64,000 bases of DNA from NCBI GenBank assembly GCA_963799675.1, contig CAWCXQ010000007.1:25130-89129 (forward strand). The letters run 5' to 3'. Below the pieces are notes generated by a model. It was given only the letters and a program-made list of their open reading frames with translations. It was not told where the DNA came from and searched no databases. Position 1 is the first letter of the stretch. Every line of letters starts with the position of its first letter. Of this stretch, positions 9,742 through 20,964 are shown piece by piece. The stretch comes from an uncultured Chloroflexia bacterium (lineage in GTDB: Bacteria; Chloroflexota; Limnocylindria; QHBO01). The position numbers were made by a program, and so were the translations under genes.

Positions 9742-10573
9742 CGGACCGGTCGCTTTGCGCCGGGTGGAGCATCGGCGTGCCCCAGCCGCTGCGGTGCCGA
9801 ATGATGAGCCACGCGCCGGCAAGGACGAAGCCGAGAATGCCGATCCACATCGCCGTCGGGATCCCGAGGATGACCCAGTTCTGCGTCCGGAAGGTCTCGA
9901 GGGCGCTGCGCACCGCGCCGTACCACATGATGTACAGGAGCGCGACGTCTCCGTCGTAAAGCCGGCTGGCCCACCGCCTGGCGACATACAGCAGCACGGC
10001 CATCCCGATCAGGTTGAGGATCGCCTCATACGCGAACAGCGGATGAAAGCGCGTGGTGGCGACCGGATAGATGCTCAGGTTCATCCACTCCGGGAGCCGA
10101 TGCGCCGCGTCGATCGGGATCCCCCACGGCAGGGTGGTGGGCGGGCCGTAGAGCTCCTGGTTCACGAAGTTGCCGAGACGGCCGATGGCCTGGCCGAGCA
10201 GGAGCGCGGGGGCAAAGATATCGAGCCAACGCGCGGTGGAGAGCCCCTTGGCACGGGTATAGAGCCAGATCGCGAGCGCGCCGCCGGCGACCGCGCCCGG
10301 AATCCCGATCCCGCCGTTCCAGACCTGTGGGATCAGCTCGGGGTGCTTCGAGTAGATCGCATCCCACTCGTGAATGACGTGGTAGATCCGGGCGGCGACG
10401 ACAGAGACGACCACGACCGGAAGCAGCATCGACCACCCTTCGTCGGGGTCCTCGCCCTTGCTCTTCGCAATGCGGGCGCCGAGCAGCGCCGCCAGCAGCA
10501 CCGCTGCGGCGATGATGATGCCGTACCAATGCAGCTCCAACGGGCCGATGCGCAGGGCGATGGGATCGATCAC
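9692..10573 (-). CDS. lgt: Prolipoprotein diacylglyceryl transferase (canonical)
   Basis: IDPIALRIGPLELHWYG, GRLGNFVNQELYG, HP..YE, YGAVR. Confidence 0.92.
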   Translation of the reverse strand: MIDPIALRIGPLELHWYGIIIAAAVLLAALLGARIAKSKGEDPDEGWSMLLPVVVVSVVAARIYHVIHEWDAIYSKHPELIPQVWNGGIGIPGAVAGGALAIWLYTRAKGLSTARWLDIFAPALLLGQAIGRLGNFVNQELYGPPTTLPWGIPIDAAHRLPEWMNLSIYPVATTRFHPLFAYEAILNLIGMAVLLYVARRWASRLYDGDVALLYIMWYGAVRSALETFRTQNWVILGIPTAMWIGILGFVLAGAWLIIRHRSGWGTPMLHPAQSDRSDELASAAQPGPEPSPG

Positions 10574-10582
10574 CGCCCGATT

Positions 10583-11863
10583 CTAGCCCGACTCCCCGAC
10601 GGTGGCGGTTGCGTCCACGGTGGCCGGCCGCGGAAAGCGATGCAGGCGGCGAAGATCGGGGAAGAGGCGCGCCCAGAGCGCCGCCACCAGCAGCGTCCCG
10701 CCGCCGCCGATCAGGACCGCCGGTACGAGCCCGAAGAGGGCGGCCATGATCCCCGACTCGAACTCGCCAAGCTCGTTCGAGGCTCCGATGAAGACCGCAT
10801 TCACCGCGCTTACCCGGCCACGGATCCCGTCGGGCGTCTCGAGCTGGACGAGGAGATGACGGATGTAGACGCTCACCATGTCAGCTCCGCCAAGTACAGC
10901 CAGGGCAAGCAGCGAGATCGGGAAGCTGGACGACAGCCCAAACACGACGGTCGCCGCGCCGAACAGCGCAACGCAGCCGAACATCCAGCCGCCCACTCCC
11001 TGACGCAGCGGCCAGATCGCCACGGCTCCGGCGGCCAGCAGCGCCCCCACCGCCGGCGCCGAACGGAGCACGCCGAGCCCCACCGGTCCCACGCGCAGCA
11101 CGTCGCTGGCGAACGCGGGCAGCAGGGCCGTCGCGCCGCCGAGCAGGACGGCGAACAGGTCGAGCGATATCGACCCGAGGACCACCGGTCGGGAGAAGAC
11201 GAAGCGCAGGCCAGAGAAGGTCGCGCTGAGCCCGAGCGGCTCCCGGATGCGGGTCGCGCTGGGCGGCCGCAGGCCGAGCAGGAGGAGGCTGGCGACGAAG
11301 AGCAGGATGGCTGCAGCGCCGTATGCCACGGAGGGACCGGCCAGGAAGAGGATGCCACCCAGCGCGGGCCCGGCGATGCTGGCGATCTCCGACGAGCTCG
11401 AGCTGACCGCGACCGCATTGCCGAAGGAGGCGCTCGGCACGAGGTTTGGCAGCAGCGCCTGGCCGGTCGGCATGCTGAAGGCACGCGCCACACCGGCGAG
11501 CGTCATCACTGCGAGGATCGGCGCGGTGCTCGAGATTCGGCCAAGAGAGAGCGCAAGCAGCAGCACCGCACCGACGGCAAGGAGCGCATAGCAGGCCGCG
11601 AGGATTCGACGCCGGTCGAGCCGATCGGCCACCTGGCCCGCTGGCAGAACGAGCAGCACGAAGGGCAGGAACTGCGAGAGCCCGATCAGGCCCAGGTCGA
11701 GCGGCTGGTGGCTGATCGCGTAGACCTGCCATCCCACGGCCACCGTCTGGATCTGCACCGCGATTCCGCCCAGGAAGCCCGCCGCCAGGTAGCGCCGAAA
11801 GTCGACGTGCCGCAGGGCACCCAGGCGGCGGGTGGGCAGCGCTTCGTCATGTGGCTGGTCCAT
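10583..11863 (-). CDS. MFS transporter
   Basis: About 12 TM segments; AGQVADRLDRRR and GRVSAVN motifs. Confidence 0.88.
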   Translation of the reverse strand: MDQPHDEALPTRRLGALRHVDFRRYLAAGFLGGIAVQIQTVAVGWQVYAISHQPLDLGLIGLSQFLPFVLLVLPAGQVADRLDRRRILAACYALLAVGAVLLLALSLGRISSTAPILAVMTLAGVARAFSMPTGQALLPNLVPSASFGNAVAVSSSSSEIASIAGPALGGILFLAGPSVAYGAAAILLFVASLLLLGLRPPSATRIREPLGLSATFSGLRFVFSRPVVLGSISLDLFAVLLGGATALLPAFASDVLRVGPVGLGVLRSAPAVGALLAAGAVAIWPLRQGVGGWMFGCVALFGAATVVFGLSSSFPISLLALAVLGGADMVSVYIRHLLVQLETPDGIRGRVSAVNAVFIGASNELGEFESGIMAALFGLVPAVLIGGGGTLLVAALWARLFPDLRRLHRFPRPATVDATATVGESG

Positions 11864-11982
11864 GGATTCGGCGAAAGGGTAGCGGGCCGACCGCGGTTGA
11901 GCCGTAGTCCTCGCGTGCAACCGTGCTCGCGGGGCATGGCGCACGACGCGTATCGTGCCGAGTCATCGAGCCGGAGAGGACC

Positions 11983-13294
11983 ATGAGCGACCCAGGGCCG
12001 ACGAGCGACGATCGTCGGCGCCTCCCCTTCCATCAGCTGCTGACGCTCTCGATCTACTGGCTCGGGATCCAGACGATCTGGGGCGGCCTCAACGTCATCA
12101 TCCTGCCGGGACGGGCGGACGATCTGAGCCGCGAGATGGCCGGCACCCTCATCGCGATCCTGTTCGTGGTCGGCGCGGTGGCGCCGATCATCATCCAACC
12201 GACGGTCGGGCTGATCAGCGACTACACGGTTACCCGCTGGGGGCGTCGCAAGCCCTACATCGTCATCGGCGCCCTGCTGGACGTGGCGTTCCTGGCCGGG
12301 ATCGCGTACTCGAACGAGTTCGTCGCGATCGTGGCTTTCTATTTCCTCCTCCAGGTCAGCTCCAACTTCGCCCAGGGCCCGTTCCAGGGCTACGTGCCCG
12401 ATCTCGTCCCTGCGCGGCAGGTCGGCACCGCGAGCGGCCTGATGGGGCTGATGCTGACCCTCGGCACGATCGCCGGGGTGGGAATCGCGACGCTCGGCGG
12501 CCTGATCGACAACATCGCGATCGCCACCCTGGCCCTGGGCGTGGTCGAGGTCGTGACCATGGTGATCCTGGTCGCAACGGTAGACGAGGGCCGCTCCGCC
12601 CCCGCGCGCACCCGCTCGTGGAAGCAGATCGCGCTCTCGGCGTGGGGCCGCGACATCCTCCAGCAGCGCGACGTGCTCTGGCTGCTGCTCGTCCGTCTCC
12701 TCTTCCTGGGCGCCTACAACGCGACGGCGCTGGCGGTGGGCTACTTCCGCCGCTCGCATGGGCTCTCGGCGGCCGAGGCCGACACGACCGTCCTGATCGC
12801 GACCGCCATCGTCGGAGTGTGCACGGCCCTCGCGGCGGTCCCGGGCGGACGCCTCTCTGACCGGTTCGGGCGACGACCCGTGATCTGGGCGGCGGCGCTG
12901 ATCGCCGGTCTGGGGATGGCCGGCGTCGCCGCCGCGCCGACCCCGGAGCTCGCGGTAGGCGCGTGGATCCCGTTCGGCGTCGGCATGGGGCTCTTCCTGT
13001 CTGCGGACTGGGCGCTGATGTCGGACGTCATTCCCAAGCAGACTGCCGGACGCTACATGGGGATCCTGAACGCAGGCACCGCGATGGCCGGGCCGGCGTA
13101 CGTCGTGGTCGCTGGTCCGCTCCAGGATCTCGTGGCCCGAAGTCTTGGCGATCCGTTCGGTCCCCGCGCCGCGATGGGCGTCGCGGCGGTGTTCGTCGCG
13201 CTCTCCGCCCTGGCCCTCACCCAGGTCGAATCCGCGGCGCCGCGAGGACGAGGTGGAGGCGCTCCAGCCCGCTCCGGCGCTCAGCCCCACGTGA
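11983..13294 (+). CDS. MFS transporter (SLC45/sucrose-transporter-like), indel near 13230
   Basis: GLISDYTVTRWGRRKPY, GGRLSDRFGRR; GGAGAGGA SD before ATG 11983. Confidence 0.85.
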
Positions 13295-14056
13295 GCCGGC
13301 CCGTAGCCGGCGAAGCGGACCGCGCGCGGCACACCGGGCCCCGCGAGCCCGGCGGCACGCTCACGACGCGCTACCGTGCCATGTGGGGGGTGAACCGGCA
13401 TCTCATTCGCCTCCTCTTCGACATCAGGGTCGAAGGGCTCGAGGTGGCCTGCCCCGCCCTTCCAGCTGGTCCTCAATCACCACAACGGCTTCGATCCGAT
13501 GCTCGTGATGGCGGTCACGCCCCGGGAACCGAGGATCACCTGGTTCGGCCCGCGCGAGACGGACTTCAGCCGTGGGTTCAAGAACCGGGTGATGACGTTC
13601 TTCGGCGGCGTCATTCCCTACAACCCGGAGAAGACCACCCTCACCTCCGCGGTCCGCGCCGTGCGGCGCGTCTTTTCCGCCGGCGGCGTGCTCGGAATCT
13701 TTGCCGAGGGCCGGATCGGCTTTCGAGAGAGCGATCTCCTGGCCCTCGAGGACGGGGCCGCGGCCTTCGCACTCGCGTCCGGGGTGCCGATCCTGCCGTG
13801 CGCCATCGTCGGCTCCACCACGCTCTGGTTTCGCAAGCCGCTGGTGGTCCGCTTCGGCGACCCGATCCCCACCGCCGGCCTCCGCGGCCGCCAGGCGCGC
13901 GCAGCTCTCGAGGGACAGATGCGTGACGCGCTGATCGCGTTGCTGCCCACCTCCGAGCCGCGCGTGCGCGGTCGCCGGCCGCTGTTCTTCCTGACCGACC
14001 TGCTGAACGGGCCGGAGGATGTCGCTCGCCGCCCGAGCTCAAACGGCGCGGGCTAG
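13291..14056 (+). CDS. Lysophospholipid acyltransferase (PlsC family), indel near 13450
   Basis: NHHNGFD (HxxxxD), IFAEG, GVPILPCAI. Confidence 0.82.
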
Positions 14057-14068
14057 CATCGGTCCGTC

Positions 14069-14341
14069 GTGCTTCCCCTGATCTGGACCCTGTTCGCGGT
14101 GTCGGCCGTCGCGGGCTTCATCGTGATCGCTGCCTACTGGCTCGACCTGCAGGACCGACCCGACCTCACCCGGCGACAGCGGATGGGCTGGTCCGCGGCA
14201 GTGCTGCTCTTTCCGCTGAGCATCCCCGCCTACGCGTTCTTCGGCGGGCCAGGTTGGCCGCCCTTCCTTCGGGTCGCGAGCTTCATCCCGGCCGCCGCCG
14301 TGGCGCTCTTCTTCGGCTTCCTCTTCGGGCTGTTTGCCTAA
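14069..14341 (+). CDS. Small membrane protein, PLDc_N-like
   Basis: Three hydrophobic segments with W..AVLLFPL pattern. Confidence 0.55.
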   Translation: MLPLIWTLFAVSAVAGFIVIAAYWLDLQDRPDLTRRQRMGWSAAVLLFPLSIPAYAFFGGPGWPPFLRVASFIPAAAVALFFGFLFGLFA

Positions 14342-14375
14342 GACGGGCCTGCGGGCAGCCGCCTATCATCGATCG

Positions 14376-15800
14376 ATGACAACACAGACCGATACCGCTC
14401 TCGCCGGCGCGCTCGCTTTCCTCGAGGAGCACTCCGACGAGCATCTCGCCCAGCTCGACGAGTTCCTGCGCATCGAGTCGGTGAGCGCCGACCCGGAGCG
14501 AAATGACGAGGTGCGGCGCACGGCGCAGTGGATCATCGACGAGCTGACCCGGATCGGCGTCGACCACGCGCAGATGACGGAGACAAGCGCGCACCCGATC
14601 GTGACCGCCGACTGGCTGCACGCCGGTGCCGAAGCTCCAACGGTGCTCGTGTACTGCCACTACGACGTCCAGCCACCCGATCCGCTGGACGAGTGGGTCA
14701 GGCCGCCGTTCGATCCCCGGCACGAGGACGACCGGGTCTACGCACGTGGGGCCGGCGACGACAAGGGCCAGCTGTTCATGCACCTGAAGGCGGCCGAAGC
14801 CTGGCTGGCCACCGCCGGCAGCCTGCCGGTCAATCTGCGGTTCTTCTTCGAGGGCGACGAGGAGGTCGGCTCTGAGCCGGTCGAGGAGTTCATTGCCAGC
14901 CACCCCGACCTGCTCAGCGCGGACCTCTGCGTCGTGAGCGACGGCGACACCTTCGACGACGAGGGAACCCCGTCGATCGGCTACGGGCTGCGGGGCATCG
15001 CGTACTGGGAGATCCGCGTCTCGGGACCGCACCAGGACCTCCATTCCGGCCAGTACGGGGGCGGAGTGGACAACCCGGCGAACGTCCTCGTCCGCATGCT
15101 CGCCTCCCTGTCCGACGGAGCGGGGCGCTTTACCGTGCCGGGCTTCTACGACGGGGTCGTCGAGCTGACCGATGAGGAGCGGGCGGCGTACGACGCGCTC
15201 CCGGTCGACTCCGAGAAGCAGCGGAAGTCCATTGGCGTGCCGGCCTGGGGCGATGGCGAGCGTGGGTACCCGCTCATCGAGCGTCTGTCCGCGCGCCCCA
15301 CGTTCGACATCAACGGTATCTGGGGCGGCTACATGGGTGCGGGAGCCAAGACCATCATCCCGGCATGGGCTGCCGCAAAGTTCAGCACGCGCCTGGTTCC
15401 GAACCAGGATTACCGCCAGATCGAACAGCTCGTCAAGCGCCACCTCGAGTCGATCGCGCCCGCCACGGTGCGCGTCGAGGTCAAGGTGATCCACGGCGGG
15501 GCGCCCGCGATCACGCCCCTCGATCACCCCGCGGTTGAGCTCGCCGCTCGTGCGCTCGAGTCGGGGTTCGGCCGGCGCCCGCTCTACACGCGCTCCGGCG
15601 GCTCGATTCCCGTGGTCGCGGCGCTGGACAGCCAGCTGGGCCTCAAGACGGTCATGGTGGGCTTCGCCTCGCCGAATGGGAACTTCCACGCCCCCAACGA
15701 ATGGATGCCCCTCCGCAACGTCCGCGACGGGTTGCGCTCCCTGGTCCAGCTGTGGGGGGAGCTCGGCGCCGCGGGACGGGGTGCGCTGGGCGGAGATTGA
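14376..15800 (+). CDS. M20 family dipeptidase
   Basis: YCHYDVQP, ARGAGDDKGQ, EGDEE, DLHSG, GGSIP, NFHAPNE. Confidence 0.93.
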   Translation: MTTQTDTALAGALAFLEEHSDEHLAQLDEFLRIESVSADPERNDEVRRTAQWIIDELTRIGVDHAQMTETSAHPIVTADWLHAGAEAPTVLVYCHYDVQPPDPLDEWVRPPFDPRHEDDRVYARGAGDDKGQLFMHLKAAEAWLATAGSLPVNLRFFFEGDEEVGSEPVEEFIASHPDLLSADLCVVSDGDTFDDEGTPSIGYGLRGIAYWEIRVSGPHQDLHSGQYGGGVDNPANVLVRMLASLSDGAGRFTVPGFYDGVVELTDEERAAYDALPVDSEKQRKSIGVPAWGDGERGYPLIERLSARPTFDINGIWGGYMGAGAKTIIPAWAAAKFSTRLVPNQDYRQIEQLVKRHLESIAPATVRVEVKVIHGGAPAITPLDHPAVELAARALESGFGRRPLYTRSGGSIPVVAALDSQLGLKTVMVGFASPNGNFHAPNEWMPLRNVRDGLRSLVQLWGELGAAGRGALGGD

Positions 15801-15821
15801 CGCCACCTATCGCGTCCGGCC

Positions 15822-16532
15822 ATGGGTAGCGCAGATCCCGGAGGTTTGGTGCCAGCCAGGCGACGCCGCACCGCCCCCCCGTTGCCGAGCGGCGAGAGCC
15901 GTCCCGACGATCCATGGCTCGCGCTGGGCTCAGCGTCGCGGCTGGTGGGGGTCGGGCCCGATACGCTCCGGCGCTGGGCCGATTCCGGCAAGGTGCAGAG
16001 CTACCAGACCCCCGGCGGCCACCGGCGCTTCCTGACCTCGAGCCTCGAGGCCATGATCAATGCTCCGCGGAGACACCGCTACGGAATGGAGCGGCTCGCG
16101 GATTCGGCCGGCACAATGGTCGGGGAGCTTCATCGGCGCATGCAGCGGGTGGGCTACTCTGGGCAGCCGTGGCAGGCGCGCCTGTCAGCCGAGCAGCGAG
16201 ACGACTTCCGACGGTGGGGCGGGAAGACCTTCAACCTCGTGATTGAGTACGTCGCCGCCGCCAAGCGTGCCGAGCGACAGCTCCTGATGGAGGAGGCCGA
16301 GAAGATGGGCGCCCTCTACGGCGCCGAGGCCTCGCGAGCCGGCCTCTCGCTGGCGGAGACGGTCGAAGCCTTCCTCTTCTTCAGGTCCCCTGTGCTGGAG
16401 GCGATCACCGGCCACCTGCGGCGCCGCGCGGCGGAGGTGGCCGACGTCACCAGCGCGTTCCGCGAGGCGAACCAGGCGATCGACCAGGTGCTGGTCGCGC
16501 TGGTCAGCTCCTACCGCGAGCGGGGCGTCTAG
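15822..16532 (+). CDS. MerR/excisionase-type HTH fused to an all-helical (globin/RsbRD_N-like) domain
   Basis: ASRLVGVGPDTLRRWADSGKVQSYQTPGGHRRF; C-terminal GLSLAETVEAFLFFR. Confidence 0.72.
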   Translation: MGSADPGGLVPARRRRTAPPLPSGESRPDDPWLALGSASRLVGVGPDTLRRWADSGKVQSYQTPGGHRRFLTSSLEAMINAPRRHRYGMERLADSAGTMVGELHRRMQRVGYSGQPWQARLSAEQRDDFRRWGGKTFNLVIEYVAAAKRAERQLLMEEAEKMGALYGAEASRAGLSLAETVEAFLFFRSPVLEAITGHLRRRAAEVADVTSAFREANQAIDQVLVALVSSYRERGV

Positions 16533-16535
16533 GGA

Positions 16536-17676
16536 TCATTCGGCCAGGTAGAGCTCGGTGCTCGTCGTGTTGAGCCGCTCGCCGGAGCTGTCCGTGCAGA
16601 CCACGATGTCCTCGATCCGCGCTCCCCAACGGCCGGCGACGTAGATCCCCGGCTCGACGCTGAAGGCGTTTCCGCGCTGCAGCGGCTCGTCGTTGCCGTC
16701 GACGATGTATGGCTCTTCGTGCGTCTCCATGCCGATCCCGTGACCCGTTCGATGGATGAAGAACTCGCCGTAGCCCGCGTCGTCGATGATCGACCGCGCG
16801 GCGCGGTCGATGGCGCTCGCCGAGATGCCTGGCCGGACTGCCCGGCACGCGCTCGCCTGGGCCTCGCGCAGCACCTCGTACAGCGAGGCGAACTCATCGG
16901 GCGGGGACCCCACGAACACCGTGCGCGAGGTGTCGCTTGCGTATCCGTCGCGGTTCCCCCCGATATCCAGCACGACAGCGTCGCCGGCACCGATGATCCG
17001 CTCGCCGGCCGCGTGGTGCGGGCTTGCCGCATTCGGGCCGGACGCCACGATCGCGAAGCCCGCGGTCTGATGGCCGGCGGCGATCAGCAGCTCCCTGATG
17101 TGGCGGCTCGACCTCCGCCTCGCTGCGGCCGGAGAGCCGCTCGCCGGTGATGGTGCGCATGGCTTCGTCCGCCGCCCGCGCCGCGCCGCGCAGACGGTCG
17201 ATCTCCTCCGGGCTCTTGATGCGCCGCAGCGCGCTCAGGCTCGGCCCCGCCTCGACCAGCTCGATCGGGTCCAGCGCGGCGCGCAGCCGCAGGACGAAAC
17301 GCGCCCACATCTGGTCCTGGATCCCGACTCGCAGCGCGGTCCCCTTGAGCCCGGCACGGACCAGGCGGAACGGGTCCTCGGTCTCGTCCCAGGCCTGGAT
17401 CTCCATCGCGTCGGCAAGCGACCCGAGCTGATGGCGGGCGAGCGGCTCCTCGAGGCGAGGCACCACCAGCGTCGGCGTGCCGGAGGCGGGAATGAGGATG
17501 CATGTCAGCCGCTCCAGGGCGGGGGCCGGGTACCCGAGCAGGTAGGTGTAGTCGGGCGAGGGCGTGATCACGAGCGCGTCGATCCCCCGCTCACCCGCCT
17601 CGGTGGCAGCGCGCCGCAACCGTTCGAGGTGGACGGCATCGGTAAAGCGCTCGCCGGTGAGCAGCATCTCGGTCAT
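16536..17676 (-). CDS. Xaa-Pro aminopeptidase (M24), indel near 17100
   Basis: LDIGG, YASDTSRT, HRTGHGIG, HEEP, VEPGIY, RIED. Confidence 0.9.
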
Positions 17677-17710
17677 ACCCGAAGCCTACCCCGCGAGGGC
17701 AAGGCGGAGG

Positions 17711-18166
17711 TCAGCGGATCGACAGGGGGACCTCGAAGGTCTGCCCGCCGTGGATCCGCCACGCGCGCAGGGCGCGCTGCGCCGCGGCCGCCGGGTCCGC
17801 CAGAGTGGCGAGGAGATAGAAGACGCCCGGGTAGTGCGCCGTGCGTCGGTCCGTGGCGGACGGAACGGCCGGCGACCGGGTATGTGAGTGGAAGATCGCG
17901 ACCAGGTCCTGGCCGGCCGCGTCGAGCGCGAAGACGATGCGGACGAGGTCTTCGGGGTCCACGTTGTAGCGAAGCGGCGATGCCTCGCTGTTCCGGGCGG
18001 GGTGGTAGGCGGACGCGGTCCCATCGGCCAATGACCCAGCGAGCAGCCCGCAGGCCTCGTTTGGGAGCTCGGACCGTGCATGCCGGAGCAGCGCCTCGGC
18101 AACGGCGCCCGGCAGAGTCAGCCCGATCTGCCTCTGACGGTCGGCAGGGTGGGGCTCAGTCGCCAT
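17711..18166 (-). CDS. mec: JAMM/M67 metallopeptidase (Mec-like CysO-cysteine peptidase)
   Basis: NEACGLL and FHSHTRSPAVPSATD (E...HSH-x7-S-x2-D). Confidence 0.88.
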   Translation of the reverse strand: MATEPHPADRQRQIGLTLPGAVAEALLRHARSELPNEACGLLAGSLADGTASAYHPARNSEASPLRYNVDPEDLVRIVFALDAAGQDLVAIFHSHTRSPAVPSATDRRTAHYPGVFYLLATLADPAAAAQRALRAWRIHGGQTFEVPLSIR

Positions 18167-18178
18167 GGGGTTGAGCGG

Positions 18179-19138
<960 letters not shown>

Positions 19139-19414
19139 CTAGCGGGCGCCGCCGGCCATGGCAGGCAGCAGGATGACGGTGTCGTCGCCGCCGACCGGCG
19201 TGTCGAGGCCGTCCCGGTAGCGGACGTCGCGGTCGTTGACGTAGACGTTGATGAAGCGCGACAGCTCGCCGTCCTGGGTCACCCGGTCACGCAGCGCGGG
19301 ATGCTGCGCGAACAGGTCTGCAAGCACCTCGGTAACGGTGCGCCCGCTGGCGCTCACCTCGCGCTTGCCTGCGACGTTCTCGCGCAGCACCGGCGGGATC
19401 TTGACCCTGCTCAC
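19139..19414 (-). CDS. cysO: Ubiquitin-like sulfur carrier (CysO/MoaD family) ending ...AMAGG-AR
   Basis: GTG start overlaps the moeZ stop; VKIPPVLR, RFINVYVNDRDVRYRDGLDT, ILLPAMAGG. Confidence 0.88.
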   Translation of the reverse strand: MSRVKIPPVLRENVAGKREVSASGRTVTEVLADLFAQHPALRDRVTQDGELSRFINVYVNDRDVRYRDGLDTPVGGDDTVILLPAMAGGAR

Positions 19415-20527
19415 GTCGATGATGCGGCTGCCGGCTCCGCCACCAGGCGCGCGCCCTCGCCGCAGGCCGGACAGGCCGGATCTCGCCAGATCCGCACCTC
19501 GTCGAACGACGGTGCTCATCGCGTCGAACATGACCAGCCGCCCCGCGAGCGTCTCGCCCACGCCCAGCAGCAGCTTGAAGACCTCGTTCGCCTGGAACAG
19601 GCCCACGATTCCCGGCAGCACGCCGAGCACGCCGGCAACGGAGCACGCGGGCGCCAGCTCGGGCGGCGGCTGGGTCGGGTACATGCATCGGTAGCACGGG
19701 CCCTCGAAGGGCAGGAAGGTCGTCACCTGGCCGTCCCACCGGTAGATCGAGCCATGGACGACCGGCTTGCGCAGCTTCAGCCGCGGCATCGTTGAGGAGG
19801 TAGCGCGTCTCGAAGTTGTCGGTCCCGTCGACCACGACGTCGTACCCGGCGATCAGGCGCTCGACGTTGTCGGCGGAAAGCCGCTCGCGATGCTCCACCA
19901 CCCGCGTTTCGGGGTTGAGCGCAGTTCAGCGTCAGGCGCGCGGACTCCGTCTTCGGCATGCCCACGCGATCCGCCGCGTGCAGGATCTGGCGCTGGAGGT
20001 TCGACTCGTCGACCACGTCGTCGTCGACGAGGCCAATGGTGCCGACCCCCGACGCGGCGAGGTAGAGCGCGGCCGGCGAGCCGAGCCCGCCGGCGCCGAT
20101 CAGCAGGACCTTGGCGTCGAGCAGCTTGCGCTGCCCGGCCTGGCCGATCTCGGGGATCAGCACCTGGCGGCTGTAGCGCCGCTGCTGCGCGGCGCTGAGC
20201 AGCTGCTGCGGAGCCTCCCAGGCACCGCCCAGCCGACGCCAATCGCCGATATGGCCGGCCATGTTCACGATGTCGGAGTAGCCGAGCGCCTCGAGACGCA
20301 CGGCGGCACGGGCGGAGCGGGCTCCGGAGGGCGCAGTGCACCAGCAGCGGGGTCGCCGGATCGGGAACCAGCTCGCCAATCCGCGACGGCAGCTCGGCGA
20401 GGGGCAGCAGCGTGGCGTCGGGATATGCCCCTCCGCCCATTCCGACCGGCTCGCGGACGTCGATCACGCGACGCCCCTCCGCGGCGAGCTCGAGCGCTTC
20501 GGCGACGCTCACCTGCTTCACGCTCAC
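19411..20527 (-). CDS. moeZ: Rhodanese-MoeB fusion (MoeZ/MoeB sulfur-carrier adenylyltransferase/sulfurtransferase), several indels
   Basis: N-terminal rhodanese (IDVRE, LLVHC..GARS); [28 protein letters not shown]. Confidence 0.88.
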
Positions 20528-20542
20528 GGCGCCGCCCCTCCC

Positions 20543-20961
20543 TCACCGGCCGTCACCGCCAGGTCGGCCTCGCTCGGGCCAGCGAGCCTCGCAGCCGATG
20601 ACGGCGCCCTGCAGCACCTTGTAGCTGAGCAGCGCGCACTTCAGCCGCGCCGGGCCGATCGGCACGCCGAGCTCGTCGAGCAGGTCCTTGGGATCCATAG
20701 CCGCGCACCTCGTCGAGGGACTGGCCGCGCAGCCCATCGGTCAGGATCGAGGCCGACGCCTGGCTGATGGCGCAGCCGCGCCCGTCGAAGGCCACGTCGG
20801 CGATCGCGCGCGCCGGCCGGATCGAGGAGCAGGGTCATGCTCATCTCGTCGCCGCAGGTCGGGTTCGAATCGGCGAAGTGGAGGTCGTGCGGGTCCAGGT
20901 GGCCCTTGTTATGGGGGTGCCTGTAGTGCTCCAGGATGAAGTCGCGGTACAGGTTGTCCAT
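20543..20961 (-). CDS. sufU: SUF system NifU-family sulfur transfer protein, indels
   Basis: ILEHYRHP, NPTCGDE, GCAISQASAS, RLKCALL. Confidence 0.88.
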
Positions 20962-20964
20962 CGG

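Noticed and set aside
11923-13926. Apparent MFS-acyltransferase fusion (667-aa ORF)
   Set aside because: A one-base indel near 13230 restores an MFS stop (TGA 13292-94) overlapping the GTG start of a separate acyltransferase.
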